Source of the DNA: an uncultured virus (IMG/VR IMGVR_UViG_3300037247_000525)
Taxonomy: Duplodnaviria; Heunggongvirae; Uroviricota; Caudoviricetes
IMG/VR virus record: IMGVR_UViG_3300037247_000525
Direction: 5' to 3' (one strand)
DNA length: 64,000 nucleotides
Shown: positions 18,381-27,742 of the stretch, one piece after another
How positions within the stretch are numbered: position 1 is the first letter of the stretch
How the letters are laid out: every line of letters starts with the position of its first letter
Position numbers and translations under genes: made by a program
The notes under the pieces: model-generated
What the model saw: only the letters and a program-made list of their open reading frames with translations
The model's database searches: none
Told to the model about the DNA's origin: nothing

Positions 18381-20432
18381 TCATGCTACTGCCTTCAGCT
18401 CGCCCCAGTTGGGGCCCACTTCGATGTCGCACATCGTCGGCACGTTCAGCTCGATCGCGTGCACCATGATTTCGTTCAGCTCTTGCGCTTCCTTCAGGTC
18501 CCAGATCGTCAGGTCCAGCTCGTCGTGGACTTGCAGCTGCATCCGAGTGCCGGCGTCGTCGGCGGTTACCATCGCCAGCTTCGTCTGGTCGGCGCTGCTG
18601 CCCTGGATCAGGCGGTTCAGTCCAGTGTGTGCGTATTCCAGCTTGCCGGTCTCGGGGTGGATCGGGAAGCGGCAGCGGCGACCCAGCAGCGTCACGATGT
18701 ACCCAACCTTCTGCGCCTTCTTCTGCACCATCTTGGCCAGCTGCTTCACGTAGGGCACGCCCTCGTCGAACTTGGTCAGGATCACTTCACCCTCGGGCCC
18801 GGCCATCTCGAACGGCCGCGCGCCTTGCTTCCGCAGCGCCTTGCCCTCCGGGCTGTCCACCGGGTACACCGTCCACCTGCGGGCTTCTGGATCGCGCACT
18901 ACCCAGATCGTGGGCAGGCCCAGCCGCGTGCACAGTTTGCCACCGCCCATGCCGTAGCAGCGGCCCAGGAAGATTTCCTTTGAGTTGTCGCGCAACTTCT
19001 TTGCTGCCTTGTCGCCGGCGCGGTACGCCTTTGCGCTGTACTCGTCGCCGTAGCAGAAGCCGGCCATCATGCTGTGGTTGTCCCAGGTGGGGTCCGTGCG
19101 GCACATCTCGGCTGCCTCGGCACCGCCCTTGCAGCCGGTCCGCTCGGCGTAGTTCGTGATCATGCGCGGCTCTTGGCCGGCGAAGTCCAGGCACGCCCAC
19201 TGCCCGCCCTCGTCGGGCTGGAAGATCGTGCGCCACTCGGGCACGTAGCGGACGGGCTGCTGTTGCAGGTTCGGCTTGGTGCACGACAGCCGGCCGAACC
19301 GCGCCCCCTTGATCTCATCGTCGTCCTGCTCCTGCCGCAGTTGGTTGAACGTGCAGTGGATTCGGCCCTTCACCTCGTGCTCTTGGATCGACTCGCAGAA
19401 CGTCGTGCGGATCTTGTTCCAACGCCTCGCGATGATGATCGCCTCGCCCAGCGGGGTACCTAGGGATTTCAGCCAGTCGTTCTTGACCGACGGATTGCCG
19501 CCGCACATCTTGCCGGTCTTCTGGCTGACCTTCCTTTCCGTCAGTGGCGCCGTAACGCCGCCGGCTTCCAGGAGCTTCGCCAGCGCGGCGCTCTTGGTCG
19601 TGTCGTCTGGCGTCATCGTGCGGCCGACCAGCCGACTGACTTCGCGGCACGCCTTGTTCTCCAGGGCCCAGGCTCGGGCGGAGAACTGCTCCACCCTCTT
19701 CATGTCGACGGCCACGCCGCGCCGGCGCATCTTCAGCAGCACGGGCAGCAGGTGGGACTCAAGATCGTGGACCCGTTCCAAGCCCTGGCGCCGTATCTCA
19801 ACCATGTGCGCGGAGCTGATCTGCATCGGCACCCGCACGTCCTGGATCGCGTACGGCGACACGACCTTCGCTGGCGCCTTCCACATGTCTTGCTTCGGGT
19901 TCAGGCCGTGCTCGGCCGCCCAGGCGTTCAGGCCCTCTTCGTCTTTGCCAGGGATGCCCAGGCGCTCGGCCTGCGCGTTCAGGCTCATGTGGTGGAACTC
20001 TTCGCCCCAGAACCACTTCCCGGTTTCCTTGTCCTGCATCCGGGCCATCGTCGGCTCGTCGAGGAGCGGGCCCGATACTTGGATGTCGCGGAAGAAGGAA
20101 GGCGTGAAGATCACATTTTCCTCCGCCAGGAAGTCCAGGTCGTACTGTAGGTTCGTGCCCTCGATGTCGCCGCGGAAGTGTCGCGCCATGTCGCGCAGGT
20201 ACTCCATCACGCGCGCTGGATCATCGTAGTTGCCGCCGCCCTCGTGGCGCATCGGCAGGTAGAACGCCGGCCCGTTCTCGTCGCCACAGCAGAACGATAC
20301 GCCCGTGATGTATGCACCGCGCCGCACGCCCGGCCCGAGCGTCTTCAAGTCGTCGTCGCGCGTCTCGATGTCCAGCGCGACGCGGTCGAAGTCGGACCAC
20401 ACGGGGAGGTCGGATAGCGGCGGGAGGTTCAT
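18381..20432 (-). CDS. polA: DNA polymerase family A with 3'-5' exonuclease
   Basis: DIET exo I; GRLSC..PNLQQ; DFAGQEPR; K..FLG..YG; QVHDEL. Confidence 0.95.
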   Translation of the reverse strand: MNLPPLSDLPVWSDFDRVALDIETRDDDLKTLGPGVRRGAYITGVSFCCGDENGPAFYLPMRHEGGGNYDDPARVMEYLRDMARHFRGDIEGTNLQYDLDFLAEENVIFTPSFFRDIQVSGPLLDEPTMARMQDKETGKWFWGEEFHHMSLNAQAERLGIPGKDEEGLNAWAAEHGLNPKQDMWKAPAKVVSPYAIQDVRVPMQISSAHMVEIRRQGLERVHDLESHLLPVLLKMRRRGVAVDMKRVEQFSARAWALENKACREVSRLVGRTMTPDDTTKSAALAKLLEAGGVTAPLTERKVSQKTGKMCGGNPSVKNDWLKSLGTPLGEAIIIARRWNKIRTTFCESIQEHEVKGRIHCTFNQLRQEQDDDEIKGARFGRLSCTKPNLQQQPVRYVPEWRTIFQPDEGGQWACLDFAGQEPRMITNYAERTGCKGGAEAAEMCRTDPTWDNHSMMAGFCYGDEYSAKAYRAGDKAAKKLRDNSKEIFLGRCYGMGGGKLCTRLGLPTIWVVRDPEARRWTVYPVDSPEGKALRKQGARPFEMAGPEGEVILTKFDEGVPYVKQLAKMVQKKAQKVGYIVTLLGRRCRFPIHPETGKLEYAHTGLNRLIQGSSADQTKLAMVTADDAGTRMQLQVHDELDLTIWDLKEAQELNEIMVHAIELNVPTMCDIEVGPNWGELKAVA

Positions 20433-20643
20433 GATCTGTGGATGGCGTCTCGGATCAGCATTAGCTCATTGATCAATGCTTGTAGGTTCGCGGCCGTCGC
20501 AACCGCAATTTCCGACAAGCCAGCGTAGACGATCAGGGCCTGTACGATCATGGTCGTCTTGGTCTTGTCGTTCTTGAAGGGTTCCGGGTGCCCACCAGCT
20601 GCGGTGGTCGCAGCCAGCGAATCGGCGAGCACTTGGTTCAGAG

Positions 20644-21180
20644 TCATCCATTCTCCCGCTCTTCGGGCGTCAGGAAGTTGGGAAGGTTGTCCAGCTCGGC
20701 CGGCAGGAAGCCGCGCTCAATCTGGTGCTCATAGTGCATGATGGCGAACACGTTCCAGGCCCCGGCGGCTAAGTGGTCTTCGCCGCGGTAGCCCATCAGG
20801 TGCTTCTGAAGGTGGCGCATCGCGCAGTCCAGGGTCTCCGACAGGGGCTGCCCCTTCTCCCAGTTGCGCACGTCGTACTTGATGCCGCCGCGCTCGTACA
20901 GCTTGGCCAACCGCATGAGCGCGATCGGCGTGATGAGGTCGAAGCGACCCTTGCCGGTCGCGGCGTCGCGCACGGATCCAGTGTCGAAGGTTCGGCGGGT
21001 GCCAGAATCCTTGGTGATGTGGTCGGTCATGATCTTAGCAGCCTTTTGTTTCGCGTCATCGTGCGCTATGGCTTCAATGTGCAGCTTGCGTTGGAACCAC
21101 GCCGGTTCGTACACGCACATCTTTGCCCAGTCGTCGTCAGTGTAGCCGGGCGGGGTTGGGTAGATCGGATGGTCGGTCAT
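20644..21180 (-). CDS. dATP/dGTP diphosphohydrolase (DUF5664-like)
   Basis: GSVRD...GKGRFDLI...GGIKY..RNWEKG...MRHL...EDHLA..AWN. Confidence 0.82.
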   Translation of the reverse strand: MTDHPIYPTPPGYTDDDWAKMCVYEPAWFQRKLHIEAIAHDDAKQKAAKIMTDHITKDSGTRRTFDTGSVRDAATGKGRFDLITPIALMRLAKLYERGGIKYDVRNWEKGQPLSETLDCAMRHLQKHLMGYRGEDHLAAGAWNVFAIMHYEHQIERGFLPAELDNLPNFLTPEERENG

Positions 21181-22452
21181 AGCTTCTTCACCATCACTTC
21201 AGCGGGGCCGTCACGGTCAGTCAAATCCCACGTCACGTCGACAACCTTCCACCGTGATCCCACGAAGCGGCTTTCGATTGGAAGTCGAACGGTTTCTCCA
21301 ATCCGTGGGGTTCCGGGCTTTCGGCAATGGAAGATGCTTCCAGCTTCTTCCGGTTTGTCCGCATCGTAAAAGAACAATTCGATCATACCTTCAGCCCTCT
21401 GTTGTAGCCGTGTTGGAGTGCGATCTCGCGCTGCTCGGGGCGCATCGTGCGGAACACTTCGCGCACCTGCATCTCCCGAGCGTGGGTCAGCTTCTTCGTG
21501 AAGACGCCGCGGGGGAACATTTGCTTGACGTACCAGCGCTTCGCTGGGCCAATGTCCAGGTCGCGGCCGAGCACGGCGTCTCCCAGGATCTTCGCCTTCA
21601 TCTCGTCGTAGAGTTTTCTGATCGTCATGACTCGTCGTCTCCCGTGATGTCTTCCACGGCCTTGGTCACTGCTGCGGCTTGGTTCGCCGCGCTGTTGATG
21701 GTCGTGGCCACGGCGGCCAATGCAGCTCCGGCCCTTTGCAACGCCTTCCTTCGCTTCCACCAGCCGCCCGCCTCTATCAAGGAGGCGCCGGCCTGGAACA
21801 GGCCGCAGGGAATGCAGGGGGCGAACAGCTTGCGGCCGTCGGGGTATTCGGTAAGGACGCAGCCGCACGGCTTGCGGTCATGCTTCAACTTGGGCAGCAG
21901 TTCCATGCTCTATTGTACTCCAAATAGCTCTTTGATGCGGGCGAGAAATGCGTCGATCCTATCGTCGTGGTAGAAAGGGTCCAGGGCAGTACCAGTAAGG
22001 TGCCGCACCTGGGGGCAGCGGCCATGCGCGATGTTGAAGACGGCCTGCCCCAGGCGCAGCTGTGGCCATTCCTTCATGTCACGTCGGGCTTCTTCAAGGA
22101 TGGTCATCGTCGATTTTCCATATCAGAAACGAAGCGGGCAAGAATGTCCAGTAGCTCAGTGTGTTCTTCCGGGGTTTGGGCAAACAATGCAGCTACTTCG
22201 TTTGGCCGATTTTTGCACAAGGTGAACGATACGCGAACATGCTCGCGACCGCCGTCGATCATCAGTTGATCTTGGTACCCGTAGGTATCCGTGGTCCAGT
22301 AGGTATAAAACCGGCTGTTGGTCCAGCGGGAATAGCTCATTTGATCATCGTCTCCAACATCTTGGCGAGAAGAATCGCGATCAAGAACAGCATCCCGGCG
22401 ATGAAGATGCTCGACATTGCGATCCAGTTCAGGCTCTGCTCTTGTAGCTTGC

Positions 22453-23640
22453 TCATTTGATCACCGTCAGGGTGTCGGCCGCGCGGGTGATGGCGGTGTA
22501 GAGCCACTTCTGCCAGTCGGCGCGGAAGCAGCTCGACTCGTCGAACACGAGCACGCTGGGCCACTGCGAGCCCTGGGCCTTGTGCACGGTCAGCACGTAG
22601 CCGAATGCGAACTCCTGTACGTCGCCGCCGCGTTCGTAGCGATCGGGCTTCTCGCCCAGGAAGTGGCACTGCCACGCCTCGATAGTCTGTTGGCGTTCGC
22701 CATCCTCAGCCTCGATGTCCATCAGGATCGTTCCGTCGTCGAACACCGTGGCGTCGTTGGTGGCCTCGTATATCTCGCCGTTCAGCAGGCCCAGGTCGTG
22801 GTTGTTTCGCAGGCACACCAGCCGATCACTACTTTCGGGGAACCTGTGCATGCGCCCGATCAGGTCACGCACGCGTTTGTTCGTGGCGTGCCGCGTCTTG
22901 TTCCGCCCGACCAGTATCTGGTCGTAGTTGACTGCATCGGCCGGATGCAGGTCGCCCTTGCGCATCACCACAGCGTCGCCCTCGTCGCAGTAGTCCAGGC
23001 CCTTGCCCATGCGCACGGCGGTGGCGAGCCGGAGGATCCCTGACTCCCTGGCTTGCCGGTGCACCTCGGTCAGCATCACGTCGGGCTCGCCGTTCGTGAA
23101 GAACCCGCCGCCGAAGACCGGCGGCAGCTGGGCCGGGTCGCCCAGGACCAGCACGGGCACGCCGAACGAAAGCAGGTCGCGGCCCATCTCTTCGTTGACC
23201 ATGCTGCACTCGTCGATGATGACCAGCGCGGCGTCGCGCAGGTTCGAGCAGGGGTCCAACTGGAAGTGAGGCTGCTTCAGCTTGTCGACTTCCTGTTGGA
23301 TCTGGATGCGCAGGGACATCGCCCGCTGCGGGCTGGGATCGTCGAGCGCCAGCTTGCGCTGGAGTTCTCGAAGGTACGCGCCGGACTTCGATCGGCTTTC
23401 GTAGATCAACCGGTGGATCGTCGTGGCGCCGACGCAGCCCTTGTCGCGCATGACCGACGCGGCCTTGCCCGTGAACGAGCCGAACGCCACGTGGCCATCT
23501 ACGCCCTCGGCGAAGTGCTTGGCCAGCGTCGTCTTGCCGGTGCCGGCGTAGCCCGCGAGGTAGAGGTACGGGTCGTTGGTTTCCTTCAGCCACGTGGCGA
23601 CGGTGTCGAGCGCGGCGGCTTGTTGTGGGGACCACTTCAT
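22453..23640 (-). CDS. RecD/Dda-like SF1 helicase
   Basis: GYAGTGKTT, IIDECSMV, GDPAQLPPV, TVHKAQGSQW, YTAITRA. Confidence 0.92.
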   Translation of the reverse strand: MKWSPQQAAALDTVATWLKETNDPYLYLAGYAGTGKTTLAKHFAEGVDGHVAFGSFTGKAASVMRDKGCVGATTIHRLIYESRSKSGAYLRELQRKLALDDPSPQRAMSLRIQIQQEVDKLKQPHFQLDPCSNLRDAALVIIDECSMVNEEMGRDLLSFGVPVLVLGDPAQLPPVFGGGFFTNGEPDVMLTEVHRQARESGILRLATAVRMGKGLDYCDEGDAVVMRKGDLHPADAVNYDQILVGRNKTRHATNKRVRDLIGRMHRFPESSDRLVCLRNNHDLGLLNGEIYEATNDATVFDDGTILMDIEAEDGERQQTIEAWQCHFLGEKPDRYERGGDVQEFAFGYVLTVHKAQGSQWPSVLVFDESSCFRADWQKWLYTAITRAADTLTVIK

Positions 23641-23927
23641 CAGAACACGTCTCCGTTCTCTTGCTCTTTGCGGATCTCGTACGGCACGACCAAGCGGCGG
23701 TAGAACTCCGCCTTGACGCACCCAATGACGCCCATGATTTCGTTGAGGAGTTGGTAGTTGACGGGGCTTGCCTTCGCTTCGAGGTACCCACTGATGATCG
23801 TGGTCAGGGCGAAGTTGAGTTCACCGGGGGTCTTCAGCTCGTAGTACCCAATGTCGAAGAGGTCTCCGGCATTGTTCCCCACGAAGTTGTTGATCTCCGT
23901 GCGCCGTTCTGGTTTGATGTATGGCAT
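23640..23927 (-). CDS. conserved phage hypothetical protein
   Basis: MPYIK...GELNF...EFYRR..VPYE..K..ENGDV. Confidence 0.75.
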   Translation of the reverse strand: MPYIKPERRTEINNFVGNNAGDLFDIGYYELKTPGELNFALTTIISGYLEAKASPVNYQLLNEIMGVIGCVKAEFYRRLVVPYEIRKEQENGDVF

Positions 23928-24093
23928 GGTTCTGTGCGGGTAAGGTGGGTGGCTGAGATGTGCAGTCCCAGCCACCCCGGTAGCGCCTCGGGAGTTAGCG
24001 GCCTGGATTACCCGCGGCCGTCCGGGTAGTGTATGGTGCAGGGCCTTTCACCTGCCTGACGCATCTTTTTACCGTGTGCGCATCGTTGTTCGA

Positions 24094-24921
24094 TCAGAAC
24101 GCCGAGTCGTCGGTCTCTTCGCCGCCGTCGGTGGTCGCGGCCTTCGACAGGTCGGCCTTCACCTCGCCGCCGTCGACCAGGGCCTTCAGTTCCTTGCCGG
24201 AAATGTAGCCGGCGTGGTCGGGCGCCATCAGCGACTGCTGGACGTTGTTGTCGACCGCGAACGTGATCACGTAGTTCGACCACGTGCCGTCGTCGTTCGA
24301 CTCCTGCGCCGTCGTGAGGGTCACGCGGTGCGCGAACATCGGAGGGTTGCGCTTCGCGCCCTGGCCGTCGTCCACCAAGCAGTACCGGATGCGGTTGATG
24401 AACTTCTTCTTGTAGTGCTTGATCCCCGAGCTGGAGAAGGGCACCACGACGAAGCCACTCGGGACGTCGTTGCTCAGGACCACGGCATAGACGTAGAACG
24501 TCTCGACCAGATCGTTGCCGGACTCGGTCTTGTACTTGCCGAACTTCGTGCTGGCCTCGATGGCCGCCATCACGATGTCGGAGCCGGGCTGGTGCACGCG
24601 CACGATGCCGCCGCCCTGCTTACGCGGGCGCCATTCCACGAAGACGTGCTGCCGCATCGCGGGCACGATCGTGACGGACTCCAGCAGCTCCGCGGTACCG
24701 GTGTTCAAGAAGATGCCGGCAGCGGCACCCGCGATCTTGCCATCTGGCCCGATCACTTCGGGGCTCTGCGCTTGCAGGATCTTCAGGAAGGGGATGCCAG
24801 CTTCGTCCCGGCCCACGTCATCGAGGCCGGCGCCGATGTCGGTGCCGTAGTCGATGACCGGCGCGAGCGCGGTCGACTTGGCTTTTGCCACTGCTGTGGT
24901 CTTCTTCTTCTTGGTCGTCAT
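24094..24921 (-). CDS. putative ssDNA-binding/annealing protein
   Basis: IPFLKILQAQSP, VEWRPRKQGGG, acidic C-terminus ending in F; position in replication module. Confidence 0.6.
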   Translation of the reverse strand: MTTKKKKTTAVAKAKSTALAPVIDYGTDIGAGLDDVGRDEAGIPFLKILQAQSPEVIGPDGKIAGAAAGIFLNTGTAELLESVTIVPAMRQHVFVEWRPRKQGGGIVRVHQPGSDIVMAAIEASTKFGKYKTESGNDLVETFYVYAVVLSNDVPSGFVVVPFSSSGIKHYKKKFINRIRYCLVDDGQGAKRNPPMFAHRVTLTTAQESNDDGTWSNYVITFAVDNNVQQSLMAPDHAGYISGKELKALVDGGEVKADLSKAATTDGGEETDDSAF

Positions 24922-25577
24922 AGCGGGTCTGTCTCACTGTCAGGGGTTTGGGCCGGCTCTTTATGGTGCCCGGCCGTTTCAGCACCGTACTCTTGAAGTA
25001 TACTCTGCTCTGCGAGAAGTGCACGGAGTTTCTCTTCTCCAGATTTTTGTATCTGTCGAACGCGCTCGGCGGTCACGCCCAAGATGTCGCCGACCTTGGC
25101 CAGCGTCATCGCCGCGGTGTTTATGCCGTGCCGCAGGCGTACCACGATCCCTTCGCGGGCGGGTAGGTCTTTGATGCACGCGCGCACGGCGTCGACCATC
25201 TCTGCCTCGTCCATCTGCTCCGAAGCGTCCGGCATCTCGTCCGGCATCTCCACCACGCGAGCCTCGTCCAGCGTGCCACAGATGTGGGACGGGCGGCGCC
25301 GCGGGGTGCGGACTATCTCGTTTCGATTGTGGATCGCGTCCATGACCCGCTTCATGATGTGCCAGCGGGCGTAGGTCGAGAACTTGGTGCCGCGTTTCGG
25401 GTCGAACTTCTCGGCCGCGTCTATCAACCCCATGTGGGCTTCCTGCACGAGGTCGGGGTACTCCATCCGCGACGCCTGGAACTGGCTAGCGAAGTGCGTC
25501 GACAGCCCGATGTTGGCCTCGACGAGGCGGTTGCGCTTCTCTTGGGCGGGGGTGAGGGGCTTGGGCTTCTTCATCAT
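24918..25577 (-). CDS. phage-encoded sigma-70 family RNA polymerase sigma factor
   Basis: region 2 DLVQEAHMGLIDAAEKFDPKRGTKFSTYARW; region 4 TLAKVGDILGVTAERVRQI. Confidence 0.9.
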   Translation of the reverse strand: MMKKPKPLTPAQEKRNRLVEANIGLSTHFASQFQASRMEYPDLVQEAHMGLIDAAEKFDPKRGTKFSTYARWHIMKRVMDAIHNRNEIVRTPRRRPSHICGTLDEARVVEMPDEMPDASEQMDEAEMVDAVRACIKDLPAREGIVVRLRHGINTAAMTLAKVGDILGVTAERVRQIQKSGEEKLRALLAEQSILQEYGAETAGHHKEPAQTPDSETDPL

Positions 25578-26260
25578 ACGGCCTCGAACATCGACACCAT
25601 GCGGACCCTGTGATTGGTGCTTCGCACCAACCCCACGGTGCCCCACGTCTTCCAGTCGACCTTGCGGTGCATGGGCCACACCTGATCGAGCCAGACGAGG
25701 TTGCCGCCGCGTTTACACACACGGCGCAGCGCGCGCATGACCTGTCCGCGTTGCGGCGGCGGGCAGTCGTACTTCGCGGCATCTTCCTTGGAGTAGGGTG
25801 GGTCGGCCAGGATCAGGTCGAAGCGTCCTTGCCATGCTTCAGGCATGGCAAGGACATCCCCCTGCCACGTCGGGTAGCGGCCTTGCTCGGGGCCGTGCAT
25901 GTCGACGAGCGTTATCCGATAGCCAGTAGGACCCATCTCTTCCGAAGGTGGTCCTTGCCAGAAGCGGGCGGCCACAGCAGCATCGAATGTTAGTCCGCCT
26001 GAAAACACATGCAAGATGCTCTTCGCGTCGGGGAACATGGCGTGGACCCGCTCCAGGTAGCCGTGCGGGTAAGCGCCGTAGAAGGGCGTACCATCTGGGT
26101 TGCGACTAGGGTTCTTGTAGCAGGCGCCGATCATCCACGTGCCGGCCACCATGCCGTTGCCATACGCCAAGGGCGGGCGCTTGGGGAAGGCGTTGTTGTA
26201 CAGGAGGTGCCGAGCGAACGCACGTAGCTTGGGATCACCAGTCATCGGTCTTCCCTCCAC
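25574..26260 (-). CDS. putative amino (N6A/N4C) methyltransferase
   Basis: LHVFSGG (motif I-like), DLILADPPY (motif IV). Confidence 0.7.
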   Translation of the reverse strand: MEGRPMTGDPKLRAFARHLLYNNAFPKRPPLAYGNGMVAGTWMIGACYKNPSRNPDGTPFYGAYPHGYLERVHAMFPDAKSILHVFSGGLTFDAAVAARFWQGPPSEEMGPTGYRITLVDMHGPEQGRYPTWQGDVLAMPEAWQGRFDLILADPPYSKEDAAKYDCPPPQRGQVMRALRRVCKRGGNLVWLDQVWPMHRKVDWKTWGTVGLVRSTNHRVRMVSMFEAV

Positions 26261-26450
26261 TCGATCCTGACGCCCAGCAGCTTGAGGTTCCGCGGTGGCT
26301 CACCAACTTCTTCCTCAAGTGACTTCTTCACGGAGGTCGGGAACGTCACGGAGTCGGGGCCGGAGCCGCCGAAGCGCTCCATCGAAGTGCGGATGTGGGA
26401 TCGCACTACGTCGAGCATCATGCGCCGGATCGGGCCGTCGTTCCACTCCT

Positions 26451-26723
26451 TCATTCCGTCACCTGATTGAACACTTTCAGGTTCTCTTGGCTCTGCTCGG
26501 CACGGTTGCGCTGGAGTCGAAGGAAGTGGGTCCGAAGCTCTTCGGCAAATCTAGCAAGGGCGTACTCGCATACCCGCAGCTTGATCACGTGCTGCTGCCC
26601 CTTGCCGTCCTTGGTGGCGCCTTGAACCTCGATGGTTATCTTGCCTCCGAGGTCGAAGTTGTTGTCGAACACCACGTCCCAGGCTTCGATGCAGATCGTC
26701 TTGCCGTTGCTCATTTTCGCCAC
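26451..26723 (-). CDS. hypothetical protein
   Basis: ORF coupled to neighbours. Confidence 0.55.
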   Translation of the reverse strand: MAKMSNGKTICIEAWDVVFDNNFDLGGKITIEVQGATKDGKGQQHVIKLRVCEYALARFAEELRTHFLRLQRNRAEQSQENLKVFNQVTE

Positions 26724-27070
26724 CCCACCATCTCGCCCTTCGAGAACACGGTCGGCGGGTTGAACCTTCTGACGGAGATGACTTCGCCGCGGAAGTGTAG
26801 CTCCACGCGGAAGACGGCGCTCAGGAGTCGGTAGTTCGGGAACTCGACGTCGAACTCAGACTCCGGCTCGCTGAACTTGCCCGGCAGGTCGACGACTTCG
26901 TATCGCCGCGGACCAACGACGTTGAACACGCGCAGCATGCACGGCGTGCCGGCGGGCGGGCGCTCGAACTTCGACCAGTCGCGATTGGCGGTTGGCGTCG
27001 GCTTCGGGATGCCGGTGCTGATGCAGCCGACGAGGAACAGGGAGAGGGTCAGGGCGAGGAGTGCCTTCAT
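26711..27070 (-). CDS. putative lipoprotein
   Basis: MKALLALTLSLFLVGC lipobox. Confidence 0.65.
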   Translation of the reverse strand: MKALLALTLSLFLVGCISTGIPKPTPTANRDWSKFERPPAGTPCMLRVFNVVGPRRYEVVDLPGKFSEPESEFDVEFPNYRLLSAVFRVELHFRGEVISVRRFNPPTVFSKGEMVGWRK

Positions 27071-27579
27071 GTCTTCAGCTCACGGAAAAACTTGCGGGCG
27101 CGGCGACGGTTGTTCGCGTCGTTCCACCAGCGGTTGACACCGCTCGGGTGCGGCACGACGGCGGCCCAAAGGAGAAACCCATACTGATCCATGATCCGGT
27201 ACCACTTCAGGTACTTCAGCTCACGGTGCCGAATCGGACCAACTATCTTGTTCCAGCGGTACCAATTGAAGGCAATCGCCACGCGGCGACCCAACATTAC
27301 GATGCGCTGGTTCGAGTCCGGTCGTTCCCAGAAGACGCGCCCCACTTGTCGCTTGGCGCGCGAAAGGGGGAAACTTCTACCCTTACCGGACCGCTTTGGC
27401 AAGTGGTGCAGTAGGTTGTCCCGGTCAAACGTGCGCAGATAGGTTTCCGCGTCGTAGCCGGTGAACTTCAGCAGCCGATCGGCGCTGGCCGAGCTGCCGG
27501 GCGCCAGCCACGACTCGGGATCGTGCTGAGTGCCGGCGGCGGGCGACTCGCCCAAGAGGAGTACTTTGCTGTGGATCAT
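27067..27579 (-). CDS. uracil-DNA glycosylase superfamily protein
   Basis: LLLGESP, IVMLGRRVA, VPHPSG motifs. Confidence 0.7.
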   Translation of the reverse strand: MIHSKVLLLGESPAAGTQHDPESWLAPGSSASADRLLKFTGYDAETYLRTFDRDNLLHHLPKRSGKGRSFPLSRAKRQVGRVFWERPDSNQRIVMLGRRVAIAFNWYRWNKIVGPIRHRELKYLKWYRIMDQYGFLLWAAVVPHPSGVNRWWNDANNRRRARKFFRELKT

Positions 27580-27742
27580 AGCTTCTTTCCCCAGCTGATG
27601 CGAATGCTGCCGAACAGCAGGTCGAAGATGATCGTGCGGCCCCCGCACTTGAAGCCCAGGCTGTACTTCCAGCCACCGCCGAAGCGGCCCAGGTACCATT
27701 TGGTGCAGCTGTATTGCCAGGGCCAGCGATCGAACTTGACCT

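Noticed and set aside
9998..21180. Z-genome (2-aminoadenine) or 7-deazaguanine pathway
   Set aside because: HD and DUF5664 genes are present, but no PurZ, DpdA, FolE or QueC/D-like genes were recognised; the HD protein looks like the common YfdR type.
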